A stretch of DNA of 64,000 bases from Eledone cirrhosa (lineage: Eukaryota). The stretch spans positions 2,852,001-2,916,000 of the forward strand of contig OZ024765.1 of the NCBI GenBank assembly GCA_964016885.1, in the 5' to 3' direction. Shown one piece after another: positions 27,388-39,181 of the stretch. Under the pieces are notes generated by a model, which saw nothing but the letters and a program-made list of their open reading frames with translations, was not told the origin of the DNA and searched no databases. The translations under genes were made by a program, and so were the position numbers. Within the stretch, counting starts at the first letter, position 1. Each line of letters begins with the position of its first letter.

Positions 27388-28433
27388 AATGCCAGTAGAA
27401 GGAAGACGCAGTAGAAGACCATGAAAAGCATGGGCGGAGGTGGTGAGAGCAGACCTCAGATCACTGAAACTCACGGAGGAGATGACGAAGGACCTTGACA
27501 AGTGGAGAGATGGTGTGCTGAATAGGACCCGTCCCACCCTTGCAAGAAGGGAAAAGCGGACGTAAAATGATGATGATGATTATTATAGATATAGATATAG
27601 ATATATGGAGAGATAGAGAGAGAGGAAGTGAGAAAGAGATATAGAGGAAGAATCGACCCCCAGTATTAGACTGGTACTTTATTTTATCGACCATGAAAGG
27701 ATGAAAGACAAAGTTGACCTCGGTAAAAATAAACATCAGCAAGATGGTTAGTTCCGACAAAAGGGGTGTTTGAGGACTCTACCCCCACGACCCTCTCAGG
27801 AATAAGTAGGTGAAGAAGAAGAAACCAACCAGCAGGAGACCCTGGGGTAGACACCAAGCAAGGTAATTGGTTCTGACAAAAGCCGCTGGAAGGGGTCTTT
27901 GAGGACTCTGCCCCCAGTTTTCTCAGGAATAAGTGGGTGAAGAAGAGACCCTGGGGTAGACCCCGAGCTAGATGTTTAATTCCGACAAAAACCTCTGGAA
28001 GGGGAGTTTCAGGACTCTGCCCCCACGACCCTCTCAGGAATAAGTGGGTGAAGAAGAGACCCTGCGGTAGACCCCGAGCTAGATGTTTAATTCCGACAAA
28101 AACCTCTGGAAGGGGAGTTTGAGGACTCTGCCTCCACAACCCTCACAGGAATAAATGAGGGGGGGAAAAAAGGAGACCCTGATTGAGATGGGTTTCACAA
28201 CATCCCTGACCCTCACAGAAATAAATCAACAAATAAATAGAAGAGGAACAACAAGAAGAATGAGATGACCATTTAGTTACCTTGAAATTCTTGTTTTGAC
28301 CATCTTCCTTCAGTAGAAATGCCAGGGGACCAAATGCACGGAGTAAGTAGATGTTGGCAGATTGGGACAGGATTTGGTTACTATTGACAACATCACTGCA
28401 TTTTTTTTGGTAACACTCCACACTGTTCTTCAT
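9863..28433 (-). CDS. ZSWIM2: ZSWIM2/MEX-like E3 ubiquitin ligase (SWIM, RING, ZZ, RING); 12 coding exons, ~669 aa
   Basis: Exons 28433-28281, 27082-26965, 24995-24746, 21462-21193, 19825-19741, 18113-17986, 17211-17043, 16484-16369, 14927-14640, 13498-13359, 12519-12413, 10048-9863 join in frame at GT-AG sites (2010 nt). [22 protein letters not shown]; [28 protein letters not shown]; [23 protein letters not shown]; RING-H2 [25 protein letters not shown]. Last three exons rest on splice sites and phase only. Confidence 0.9.
10150..11725. repeat. 45-bp minisatellite (~35 copies) derived from a SINE 5' head
   Basis: GGTGGATTGGCAGTATCGGTAGAGGGTCGGACGCCATGCTAGGAT unit; the last copy runs into a full SINE body. 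Confidence 0.95.
11685..13145. mobile_element. Cluster of second-family SINE copies: plus-strand at 11685-12285, minus-strand at 12555-13145, flanking ZSWIM2 exon 11
   Basis: Same conserved domain in both orientations; more copies at 4100-4220, 8720-9240, 33615-33745, 55755-55935. Confidence 0.72.
12413..12519 (-). CDS. ZSWIM2: ZSWIM2 exon 11 (predicted)
   Basis: [12 protein letters not shown]...IDNSLQ, donor CAG/GTGAGT; phases 1 and 0 fit. Confidence 0.6.
13359..13498 (-). CDS. ZSWIM2: ZSWIM2 exon 10 (predicted)
   Basis: Pyrimidine tract plus AAG, open frame [11 protein letters not shown]...LPYLK, donor GTAAGG; phases 2 and 1 fit neighbours. Confidence 0.62.
14255..14650. repeat. ~100-bp tandem repeat x4 overlapping the ZSWIM2 exon 9 donor
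   Basis: Direct reading. Confidence 0.9.
14640..14927 (-). CDS. ZSWIM2: ZSWIM2 exon 9 (poly-Q/H low-complexity)
   Basis: TTTCCAG acceptor, phase matches exon 8, donor GTAAGA; alternatively a terminal exon with stop at 14636. Confidence 0.7.
15120..15390 (-). mobile_element. 5'-truncated CORE-like SINE
   Basis: Reverse complement of the 4246-4590 family, lacking the tRNA head. Confidence 0.7.
16028..16085 (-). ncRNA. Hammerhead motif in left arm of perfect inverted repeat (sense to ZSWIM2 pre-mRNA)
   Basis: Exact reverse complement of 16206-16263. Confidence 0.55.
16206..16263 (+). ncRNA. Hammerhead motif in right arm of perfect inverted repeat
   Basis: ATAC-CTGATGA-tgtcACCGGaTTCA(tac)TGAAcCCGGTcatt-GAAA-tgatca-TA-GTAT. 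Confidence 0.55.
16369..16484 (-). CDS. ZSWIM2: ZSWIM2 exon 8 (RING2 end)
   Basis: [21 protein letters not shown]...; CAG/GTAAG. Confidence 0.92.
16525..16897. repeat. 31-bp minisatellite x12
   Basis: GAGTGTTYGGACTTTGGTCAGTTCTGACAAA. Confidence 0.95.
17043..17211 (-). CDS. ZSWIM2: ZSWIM2 exon 7 (RING2 start)
   Basis: [16 protein letters not shown]...[22 protein letters not shown]; CAG/GTAC. Confidence 0.9.
17492..17795 (-). mobile_element. Tx1/L1-like LINE 3' fragment in a (GATA)n tract
   Basis: Near-identical reverse complement of ~45190-45492. Confidence 0.55.
17986..18113 (-). CDS. ZSWIM2: ZSWIM2 exon 6
   Basis: [12 protein letters not shown]...[18 protein letters not shown]; CAG/GTAA, phases 0 and 2. 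Confidence 0.88.
18305..19675 (-). mobile_element. CR1/L2-like LINE 3' end with an internal ~61-bp unit amplified ~17x
   Basis: Encodes [25 protein letters not shown], typical of the CR1-group ORF2 C-terminus; sister copy at 36685-37550. Confidence 0.7.
19741..19825 (-). CDS. ZSWIM2: ZSWIM2 exon 5 (ZZ finger)
   Basis: [28 protein letters not shown]; CAG/GTGAGT. Confidence 0.9.
20140..21155. repeat. AAACCCTAA-(CA)n composite repeat
   Basis: Direct reading. Confidence 0.92.
21193..21462 (-). CDS. ZSWIM2: ZSWIM2 exon 4 (RING1 end, ZZ start)
   Basis: [14 protein letters not shown]...CPMCR...[15 protein letters not shown]; CAG/GTAA. Confidence 0.92.
21557..24740. repeat. 3.2-kb mixed (AAC/ACC)n trinucleotide array filling ZSWIM2 intron 3
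   Basis: Direct reading. Confidence 0.97.
24746..24995 (-). CDS. ZSWIM2: ZSWIM2 exon 3 (start of RING1)
   Basis: [15 protein letters not shown]...[19 protein letters not shown]; TAG/GTAAG. Confidence 0.92.
25215..25280 (-). ncRNA. Hammerhead motif (AT-rich family), sense to ZSWIM2 pre-mRNA
   Basis: Minus strand: TATTTTAT-CTGATGA-AAGCGCAC..GTGGCCCTT-GAAA-tatgta-TA-ATGAAATA. Confidence 0.6.
25789..25854 (+). ncRNA. Hammerhead motif (AT-rich family) with core mutation GAAA>GAAT
   Basis: TATTTTAT-CTGATGA-AAGCGCACCA..TGGTGGCCCTT-GAAT-tatgta-TA-ATAAAATA. Confidence 0.45.
26062..26445. repeat. ~51-bp tandem repeat amplified inside a CORE-like SINE
   Basis: CACGGCAAAAAAGCACCCAGCCCACACTGTAAAGTGGGGGTGTAGGCAC-like units between SINE halves. 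Confidence 0.85.
26643..26940. repeat. 22-23-bp minisatellite
   Basis: TACAGGT(A)ATGTATAAAATATG. Confidence 0.92.
26965..27082 (-). CDS. ZSWIM2: ZSWIM2 exon 2 (SWIM finger)
   Basis: [39 protein letters not shown]; TAG/GTAA boundaries. Confidence 0.92.
28281..28433 (-). CDS. ZSWIM2: ZSWIM2 coding exon 1 (MKNSVEC...[22 protein letters not shown])
   Basis: AG acceptor 28442-28441, ATG at 28433, donor GTAACT. Confidence 0.85.
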
Positions 28434-28459
28434 ATCAACACTGTAACACAGCAGTGTGT

Positions 28460-28800
28460 AATGGAAGGTTTTAATGTGTAATATTACACACTTGGAAGGT
28501 TTAATGTGTAATATTATACATTTACACATGGAATGTTTAATGTGTAATATTACACACATGGAATTTTTAATGTGTAATATTACACACATAGAATATTTGT
28601 GTAATATTACACACATGGAAGGTTTAATGTGTAATATTACACACATGGAATTTTTAATGTGTAATATTACACACATAGAATGTTTGTGTAATATTACACA
28701 CATGAAAGGTTTAATGTGTAATATTACACATATGAAAGGATTAATGTGTAATATTACACATATGGAAGGTTTAATGTGTAATATTACATATGGAATGTTT
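28460..28800. repeat. ~30-bp minisatellite
   Basis: ATGGAAGGTTTAATGTGTAATATTACACAC. Confidence 0.9.
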
Positions 28801-29053
28801 ACTTGACTGTGTGTGTATACGTATGTACAAGTGTGTGTGTAGTTGTGTCTATATGTATGTGTGTGTACATTTTTCCACGTGCATTCATACACAGATGCAC
28901 ATACACACACACATGTCCCTGCTATACCGTTACACACACATGCTGTACCCATACACACATACATATACAAACACGCACACACATACACACTCTCTCTCAC
29001 ACACACACACTGACACAGACACGCTATCAAAACAAACTTCAATCATGCCTTAC

Positions 29054-30980
29054 CTCTCATGTTTTTCAACGTTTGTCTCCGTCAGTTACAGCTGGTTGTC
29101 AAGCAAATAGACTGCCGCCGCTACGCTATAGTTACGGCTGGTTGTCAAGCAAATAGCCTGCCGCCGCTACGCCATAGTTACGGCCGGTTGTCAAGCAAAT
29201 AGCCTGTCGTGGCGTCGCTCCACGGTTGATGTTGTTAAGGGAATTTGACATAAGCCAGCACTTTTTGGTGTGTGTGTGTGTATATATATATAAATGTATG
29301 TGTGTATATATATATGTGTGTGTGTGTATATATATATGTGTGTGTGTGTATATATATGTGTCTGTGTATATATGTGTGTGTATATATATATAAATGTATG
29401 TGTGTATATATATATGTGTGTGTGTGTATATATATATGGTTTTACTGGTCTAAACTGATAACTGCCTAATCACACACACACATTTAGATATATATTTGTG
29501 TGTGTATATCATCATCATCATCATCATTGTTTAACGTCCATCTTCCAAGCTAGCATGGGTTAGACGTGTTTGCCCCATTTAGAGGCGAGTTGGGTCGGGA
29601 GACCGTGTCTCGCTCATATAGGACTGTTTCTACGGCTGGATGCCCGCCCTTCCTAGCGCTAACCACATTTACAGTGTGGCTGGGTGTTTCCTACCATGAC
29701 ACCTACACGACCACTTTACAGTATGGCTGAGTGTATGTGTGTGTGCTTCAACTTTAATCTGTTCTTATAATAAATATGTATGTGTGTGTGGATTGGCAGT
29801 ATCGGTAGAGGGTCAGACACCATGCTTTCCAGCATAGTTACGTCCCTTTACGATCTGAGTTCAAATCCCGCCGAGGTTGACTTTGCCTTTCATCCTTACG
29901 GGGTCGATAAAATAAAGTACCAGTAATGCACTGGGTAATTGCTGGCCTTGTGACTAAAGTAGATACAGTTATTGTTATTATTATCATTATGGTCGGACGC
30001 CATGCTATGCAGCATAGAGTTATGTTCCTTTACGAACTGAGTTCAAATCCCACCAAGGTTGACTTTGCCTTTCATCCTTACGGGGTCGATAAAATAAAGT
30101 ACCAGTAATGCACTGGGTAATTGCTGGCCTTGTGCCTAAAGTAGAAACAATTATTATCATTATGGTTTCATAGTTCAAATCCTACCAAGCTTAACTTTGC
30201 TTTTCATCCTTTCAGCGTCGATAAAATAAACTACCAGTAACGCATTGGAGTCGAATTAATCGACTTTCCCCCTCTCCCCCAAAATTGCTAACCTTGTGCC
30301 TAAATCAGAGAGTATAGGAGGCTATGCTTTGCAACAGTCTGAGTTAAAATCGCGCCGAGGTTAACTTTGCCTTTCATCCTTACGGGTTCGATAAAATAAA
30401 GTACCAGTAATGCACTGGAATAATTGCTGGTCTTGTGCCTAAATCAGAGAGTATCGGTAGAGGGTAGGAGGCTATGCTTTGCAACATAAAGTTATGGCTT
30501 GAGTTCAAATCCCGCCGAGGTTAACTTTGCCTTTCATCCTTACGGGTTCGATAAAATAAAGTACCAGTAATGCACTAAGGTTGATTTAATCGACTTTCCC
30601 TTCCTCCAAAATTGCCGGCCTTGTGCCTAAAGTAGAAACAATTATTATTTTAGTTAATATATTTGTCTAACATTGACTAAGTTGATCTGTGTCACCCAGA
30701 AACAAATACGACCTGCCAAGCCGGTTTTTTTTCTTTCGTATATTGTATTTATTGTTCTTTAAAAACCTGTCAAACGTTTGTGTTGGTTGGTTGGTTGGCT
30801 TGCTGGTCAAGTTTAAAGTCTCTTCTTTCACAAGGCGACAAAAGTTTCACCTTGTGGACATTGTCGGTCGTAAAGCGAGATAATTGGTCGACGGATTATT
30901 CGGTTAACGACGGTCAGCTTTTGTCACTGGAAATGTTTTACTTGCAGTGTTGAATAAGTTTCCCACGGAATTTAATCGAC

Positions 30981-31013
<33 letters not shown>

Positions 31014-31055
31014 CCAATTACATATATATATTTATATATATAAATTTACTTTATA

Positions 31056-31089
<34 letters not shown>

Positions 31090-31299
31090 AATTTACTTTA
31101 TAAATATACTATATATATATATATATATAAATTTACTTTATAAATATACTATATATATATATATTTATATATATACTCATACAAATTTAGATATATATAC
31201 ACACACACACATATATATATATAGATATACATACATATTCAAATATATTATATATAAGCACACACACTCATATATTTATATATTACACATACACGTACT

Positions 31300-31332
<33 letters not shown>

Positions 31333-31450
31333 TCGACACACACACAAACATATATATTATACACACATATACATATACACATTCAAGTACGAAGACAAAA
31401 ATACGAAACTACGTGGTGTCGAATAATTTTTCGAGCCAGCTTTGTAGGTA
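29054..31450. promoter_or_regulatory. Divergent promoter/5' UTR region between ZSWIM2 and TMTC3
   Basis: Minus-strand donor GAG/GTAAGG at 29053 and plus-strand donor TAG/GTAAGT at 31448 suggest non-coding first exons; CpG-containing unique patches at ~29080-29230 and ~30830-30970. Confidence 0.45.
29788..30648 (+). mobile_element. Tandem cluster of a second tRNA-derived SINE family (~5 units)
   Basis: B box GAGTTCAAATCC plus conserved GCCTTTCATCCTTACGGGGTCGATAAAATAAAGTACCAGT domain. Confidence 0.75.
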
Positions 31451-32120
31451 AGTTAGCCAAAATGGAAGTTTGGAAATGTGAGTTTGTTTTTCAAGTGTCT
31501 CTCTCGTCTGCTTTTCTTGTTCTTTGTCATTTCTCCTTCCACAGACACCCACCATCTTAAACACCCTCTCTCTGTGTTTAGCCATAGCTTTACAATAACA
31601 CGTTTGTCTAGGTACAGGTAGCTTTTTAGCCGGTGACTGTCACGGCCGGAGTACCCGGTTGTCAGGCTTAGCCACGCCCTCACTCACTGATTCTCTTCTC
31701 CTCTACAGCCATAGATGTATACGGGTACCTGACTGTTAGTCCTGGCCCCGCCAAGTTATATATGTATGTACGTACGTATATATATATATGTGTGTATGCG
31801 TGTACATATATATATGTATGAATGTATATATGTATTTACGTGTGTATGTATATATTTAAGTATATATATGTACTTAAATACATATATTTACGTATATATA
31901 TATATATATTTCCGTGCGTATGTATATATATTTACGTATGTATGTATATATATTTACGTATGTATATATATATATATTTACGTATGTATATGTATATATA
32001 TATATATTTACGTATGTATATGTATATATATATATTTACGTATGTATATATATATATATATATATTTACGTATATATATATATATATATTTACGTATATA
32101 TATATATATATTTACGTACG

Positions 32121-32152
<32 letters not shown>

Positions 32153-32676
32153 CGTACGTATATATATATATATATATATACGTACGTATGTATATATGTA
32201 TACACGCGCGCGTTGACTGAGGAGATGGAACTGTCCATCTTTCTGGGAGGGGTTTTCCATTGTCTTTGTCCTATGTACCCTCTATTTTGAATATATATAT
32301 ATATAAAGACCAAATGCAGTTAATTATCATATTAATTAAAATATGATTTAATTAACAGTATTTTGTCTTATTTTCAATGTAATATTTGCTCTGAGTCTAC
32401 CTAAACATTTGAAACGAGGAGTTTCTAGACTCATATACTGTTCATTTCCCTGACATTTGTACATTATTCTATGTACTATACATGCACCTTTGACGAGGTG
32501 TAGTGCACCTGAGCACTGTACACAATAATTTCATTATTTTTTAAATCTTGAAATCTTGTATGTAGCCTTCTGGGTAGTTTACTGTAATAAATCTAATATT
32601 TTGAGCTATAATGACGTCTTTACCTACCCTTAACTGTTTTAGTATTTGAAAACAACTTATTCTAAAATTATATATA

Positions 32677-33314
32677 TAGTGCCCCAGCATGGCCGCTGTC
32701 TAATGACTGACTATAAAAGATAATAAAAGAATGTTTGATATTTTCTCTCTCCCACTGGTATCAGCTGTCACCATTGTGACCCTTAGTGCCCCAGCATGGC
32801 CTCTGTCTAATGACTGACTATAAAAGATAAAAGAATTTGTTTGATATTTTCTCTCCCACAGGTGTCAGCTGTCACCATTGTGACCCTTAGTGCCCCAGCA
32901 TGACCACTGTCTAATGACTGACTATAAAAAATAATAAAAGAATGTTTGATATTTTCTCTCTCCCATTGGTATCAGCTGTCACCATTGTGACCCTTAGTGC
33001 CCCAGCATGACCACTGTCTAATGACTGACTATAAAAAATAATAAAAGAATGTTTGATATTTTCTCTCTCCCACTGGTATCAGCTGTCACCATTGTGACCC
33101 TTAGTGCCCCAGCATGACCACTGTCTAATGACTGACTATAAAAAATAATAAAAGAATGTTTGATATTTTCTCTCTCCCATTGGTATCAGCTGTCACCATT
33201 GTGACCCTTAGTGCCCCAGCATGGCCGCTGTCTAATGACTGACTATAAAAAATAATAAAAGAATGTTTGATATTTTCTCTTCCACAGGTGTCAGCTGTCA
33301 CCATTGTGACCCTT
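32677..33314. repeat. ~107-bp tandem repeat x6 containing the TMTC3 acceptor
   Basis: TAGTGCCCCAGCATG recurs every 104-107 bp. Confidence 0.93.
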
Positions 33315-33369
33315 GCTGTTCCCTATTACTATATCACTCCTGAAATAAACCACTGACAACCAACACAGG

Positions 33370-33573
33370 ATGGCCTCTACCTTCATCAGCTCCGACTACA
33401 GGAGGTACTCTATGTACATCACCCTAGCTATCTGTATTTGTTACCTCAACTCTCTCCATTGTGGTTTTGTTTTTGATGACCTTTCAGCTATAGTCGACAA
33501 TCATGACCTCCGACCCCACGTGCCTCTCTCTAACCTGTTTTGGAATGATTTCTGGGGCACACCTATGCGTAAA
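33370..33573 (+). CDS. TMTC3: TMTC3 coding exon 1
   Basis: MASTF...[13 protein letters not shown]...[16 protein letters not shown]; acceptor at 33287. Confidence 0.92.
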
Positions 33574-35741
33574 GTAAGTTCTTTTTTTATTACCATTATC
33601 ATTATTATATTTTAAATCGACCTCACTGTATTACTGGTACTTTATTTTATCGACCCTGTAAGGATGAAAGGCAAAGCTAACCTCAGCAGGATTTGAACTC
33701 AGATCGTAAAGGGCTGTAACTATATACTGCAAAGCATGTTGTCTGTGATATTGTTTCAACTGATGATGTCACAGATGTGTGACAAAAGAACTCTGAGAAA
33801 CTATAACTATATCTATATTTTTAACTGTTGGTCAATCAATGATAAACATTGATTACCAGCAAAATTATATATCTATATATATAAAGTTGTAGTTCCCGTC
33901 TGTTTGTTTGTTCACAAACTTCTATGGTTTTGGAGCTAGACCCCCATAACTATATATATTCTGAAACTATATTGCCCAGGGTACTTGGATAAGTATATAT
34001 TTCATTTTAATCAAAGGGTTCTCCTGGGGCACAGACTTTTTTCCCTTCGATTTCTATGAAATTTAAACCAGCAAATTACAATTATATTAAGACACCCTAA
34101 TGGGAAAATTTTGGAAGCGCAAATAAAATAATGCTTTACACAAAAATGAAATGATAAAGTTTTGAATTGATATTTTAAAAAAATTATTTACAAGAAACAA
34201 AATATAAGATTTAATAATGTAATTTTGATTTGATATATTACAAAAAATAATGTTTTCCAATTTTTCATGCATTACATTTTTACATTGAGTAATATTGAAA
34301 TGCAGAGTTTTTTCTCCATAAATTATATCACTGATTTAAAATCAATCATCATTTTCTTACCGAAAAAAATGTGTGAAACGCAACAAGGCGCGGGTAATTT
34401 GGCTAGTAGAAATATAAAAATATACTGAAGCAAAAACCAAACCAAACCAAACAAATCTGTTTTTATTGCAGGAAGATAGCCACAAATCTTATCGTCCTCT
34501 GTGTGTTCTCACCTTCCGTCTGAACTACCTGTTCACCTCACTACACCCGATGTCCTACCACCTGGTTAATATTGTACTACATATTGTTGTCTCACTATTA
34601 CTGATGAGGTAAGTCATCATCATCATCACAGTCATTGTCATCATCACAATCATCATCATTATCACCATCATCACTATCATCATTATCACCATCACAATCA
34701 TTATCATCATCATCATCACAACCATTACCACCATCATGTCTATCTTGTATTTTAATGTAAGTGGCTGAGCATTCTACAGACGTGTACCTGTGGTTCTCAG
34801 GGAGATTCAGCATGACGCTATATGTAACAAGGCTAGTCCTTTGTATTACGACGTATGTGGCTGAGTATTCCACAATAATCTGTACCCTTGACATAGTTCT
34901 CAGGGAGATTCAGCATAACAATACATGTAACAAGGCTTGTTCTTTAAATAATCAAGCAATTCCGTTAGTCGAACAACTTAAACAGTCATCATTACAACAG
35001 ACTGAGGACCCTAAGGGACCATTCCATATTACCAGAACTGTAACTTAAATTTCTGTCTTTTATTTTTCAGGGTTTGTTTCTTGTTCTTGGATCATTTTAC
35101 TTCCTTCTTGGCTGCCATCCTGTTTGCCTTGCACCCTATACACACAGAAGCAGTAAGTAGACTAGATCACCCATGACCCATTGGGTCACGTTTCCTTCGA
35201 AATATTTTTTTTAAAATCATGTTCACTTGAAAATAATTTTTGAAACTGGAAGGCCCGTGTATGTATATATATAAATGTGTGTGTGTTTATACATATATAT
35301 ATATATATATACACACATACTAATACAACTGCTTGATTATTTAAAGAACAATGGAGGCACACGGCTTAGTGGTTAGAGCATTGGCCTTGCAATCGAAAGG
35401 TTGTGACTTCAATTCTCAGACCGGGTGATGTGTTGTTTCCTTGAGCAAGACACTTTATTTCACATTGCTCCAGTTTACTCAGCTGTAGAAATGAGATGAT
35501 AGGGACTGGGGTCCCTATCATTCCACTGCAAAGTGGTCGTGGAGGTGCCACAGAAAAATAAGCACCCACCACTCACTGTAAATGAGGTTGGTGTTAGGAA
35601 GGGCATCCAGCTGTAGAAATCAAGCCAGAATCGGTTCTCGTCCCACCCTTGCAAGCAGGGAAAAGTGGACGTAAAATGATATATATATATATTTATATAT
35701 ATATATCATCATCATCATCTTCGTTTAACGTCCATCTTCCA

Positions 35742-35773
<32 letters not shown>

Positions 35774-38700
35774 AGGGATTGTAATGTCTAGTTACTGTAG
35801 GATTCACATCTCTGAACAGATTCCAGGAGGTCAATATTCTGAGCAAGATAGGGGTTCCTTCCTCTCCACCTTGATTTTCCTTTTCAAGTGAAACCTGAAA
35901 AAGTTAATGAGAGCGTCTAATAGTTGCCATATTCCTTGCCCCATGTTCTAAAATCTCTGTTTCAATCCCTCCTCTAGGTCACTGGAGTTGTGGGTCGTGC
36001 CGAAAATCTCTCCGCTTGTTTCTTCCTTGCAGCATTGCTGCTTTATTCTAAAGCTGCCAAACATTCTTCTAGAACCAGTAAGTTTTATTTCTTTTTCTTT
36101 TGTATTATTTTGTTTTTATTCTTATTTTATAATACTGGGGTCAATTCTTCCTCTATATCTCTTTCTCACTTTCATTCTCTCACTGTAGTTTGCTGAGGTC
36201 AGCTTTGCCTTTTCATCTATTCAGGGTCGATATAAAAAGTACCAGTGAAATACTGGGGTTGATTCTTCCTCTCTCTCACTTTCTATATTACTCTGGAAGA
36301 AATCTGCTGTACTCAGGCCTGGAGAGGGGTGGGCTCTACCAGGTTTAAAAATGCCCAAGAAACCCTGTATGTCACTATGGCACGCCTACACGGTTTGTGT
36401 TAAGAAGGACACCCAGTACACTCTGTAAAATGGTTGTGAACTCTTGAAATCAGTTTGTAATGATGTAATGTTTTGTTTCTCCCTTAGATTGGTGGTATCT
36501 GTTGTTGACCTTACTGTGTGTGGTGGCTGCCATGTTGTCGAAAGAGCAGGGTATTACTGTGGTGGGGGTTTGCTGTGTCTATGAAATCATCGTCACACAA
36601 AAGGTAACTCATACACTTACATCTACATACACACATACATAAACACATACATACATACATAAACACATACACATACATATAAACATTGAAGCTCTAAGAT
36701 CTGGCAACTAACTTGGTAAACACCCACAAAATTATTAACCATCTTGCCGACAACAACCCTGAGTACCTTTTTAACTTCCATGTGTCTAACACACGTGGGC
36801 ATGCCCACAAAGTCAGAAAACAGCACAGCTCCCATGACCTTTGCAAACATTTTTTTCACGCTCAGAGTTTCTGAAGCATGGAACAAACTACCTGCATCAG
36901 TTGTTAGCTGTCGAGACACTGCATCCTTTAAAACCTCCATGGAACAAACTACCTGCATCAGTTGTTAGCTGTTGAGACACTGCATCCTTTAAAACATCCA
37001 TGGAACAAACTACCTGCATCAGTTGTTAGCTGTCGAGACACTGCATCCTTTAAAACCTCCATGGAACAAACTACCTGCATCAGTTGTTAGCTGTCGAGAC
37101 ATTGCATCCTTTAAAACCTCCATGGAACAAACTACCTGCATCAGTTGTTAGCTGTCGAGACACTACATCCTTTAAAACCTCCATGGAACAAACTACCTGC
37201 ATCAGTTGTTAGCTGTCGAGTCACTGCATCCTTTAAAACCTCCATGGAGCAAACTACCTGGATCAGTTGTTAGCTGTCGAGACACTGCATCCTTTAAAAC
37301 CTCCATGGAACAAACTACCTGCATCAGTTGTTAGCTGTCGAGACACTGCATCCTTTAAGGCCTCCATGCTTCCTGAGATTCGCCAACACTACACCTAATG
37401 TTCCCCCTCCATACATACACACACACACACATGTATATCATGACTCATACACTGTTCACTTTCCTGACATTTGTACATTATTCTATGTACTATACATGCA
37501 CCTTTGATGAGTTGTAGTGCACCTGAGCACTGTACACAATTTCATTATTATTATTATTGTTATTGTTATATATTCATATTGTTATTATTACATATACATA
37601 TAAGGGATGCATGCATACAGGCTTACATACCACACACATGCATCACTCCTTCATAGTCAGCTGATGAACTTTTCAAATGACCGTTGAATATCAGGATCTT
37701 ACTCTCTCTCATTGTCTCGTAACATTGCAGGTAACACCTCTAGACATCCTCAAAGACCTCATCAATATCTGCCAAGGTAAAATCTTGTTCCCCACCTGGT
37801 TAAGGACTTCAATTTTACGAATAACTTTCCTGGTGGGTTCGACATTGTTCCTGCTCCTGGCCAGGATCAGGATAATGGGGGCTGAACTGCCAGTGTTTAC
37901 AAAGTAAGTTTGCTTCTGTCTTTCATTCCATTCACGCAAACGCATACACAAGCATACACACACACAAGCACACACACACACACACACACACACACAAGCA
38001 TACACACACACACATATACAAGCATACATACATATACACACACACTCACAGACATTTACACACACACCCAAGCATACATAGACACGCACACACACACACA
38101 CACACATACACACACAAGCATACATACATACACACACACACTCACAGACATTTACACACACACACAAGCATACATAGACACGCACACACATACACACACA
38201 AGCATACATACATACACACACTCACAGACATTTACACACACACACAAGCATACATAGACACGCACACACATACACAAGCATACACACACATACAAGCATA
38301 CATACATACACACTCACAGACATTTACACACACACACAAGCATACATAGACACGCACACACATACATACACACATACACAAGCATACACACACACAAGCA
38401 CACACACACACAAGCACACACATACAAGCATACATACATACATACACACACAAGCATACATACATACACACACACTCACATACATACACACATACACAAG
38501 CATACATACACACACACACACACACATACACAAGCATACATACACACACACATTCATCATTTTTACATCCTTTTTTCCTTTTTTTTTATTAAATGTTTAC
38601 TTTTATTTTTCTTTTGTTTGCCAGATTTGACAACCCTGCGTCAGTGTCCGTCACTCCAAGCCGTCAATTGACCTATAACTATCTTCTAGCTGTCAACCAG

Positions 38701-38970
38701 TGGCTATTGCTGTGTCCATCTTGGCTGTGCTGTGACTGGACAATGGGTACTGTACCCCTCGTGGATTCCATCCTCGATGTACGCAACCTCTACACCCTGC
38801 TTCTCTACATCGTGCTTTTCAAGTTTGTCATCTTTGCCCTCACCAAACGAGGACCAAGAGCCAGAGCTGTTGTCATGGTGAGTATTTGACACGAAGGGGC
38901 AGATCCCTTTTTTTTTTTTTTTTATTATATCAAATTCTACTCTCTTTCCCTCTCTCTCTCTCTGTGTCTG

Positions 38971-39007
<37 letters not shown>

Positions 39008-39127
39008 CTCTCTATATATATATATATCTCTTTATATATATATATCTCTTTATATATATATATATATCTCTTTATATATATATATCTCTTTATATATATA
39101 TATATATCTCTTTATATATATATATAT

Positions 39128-39181
<54 letters not shown>

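Noticed and set aside
37655-37690. CTGATGA motif near TMTC3 exon 6
   Set aside because: No stem II or GAAA; chance match
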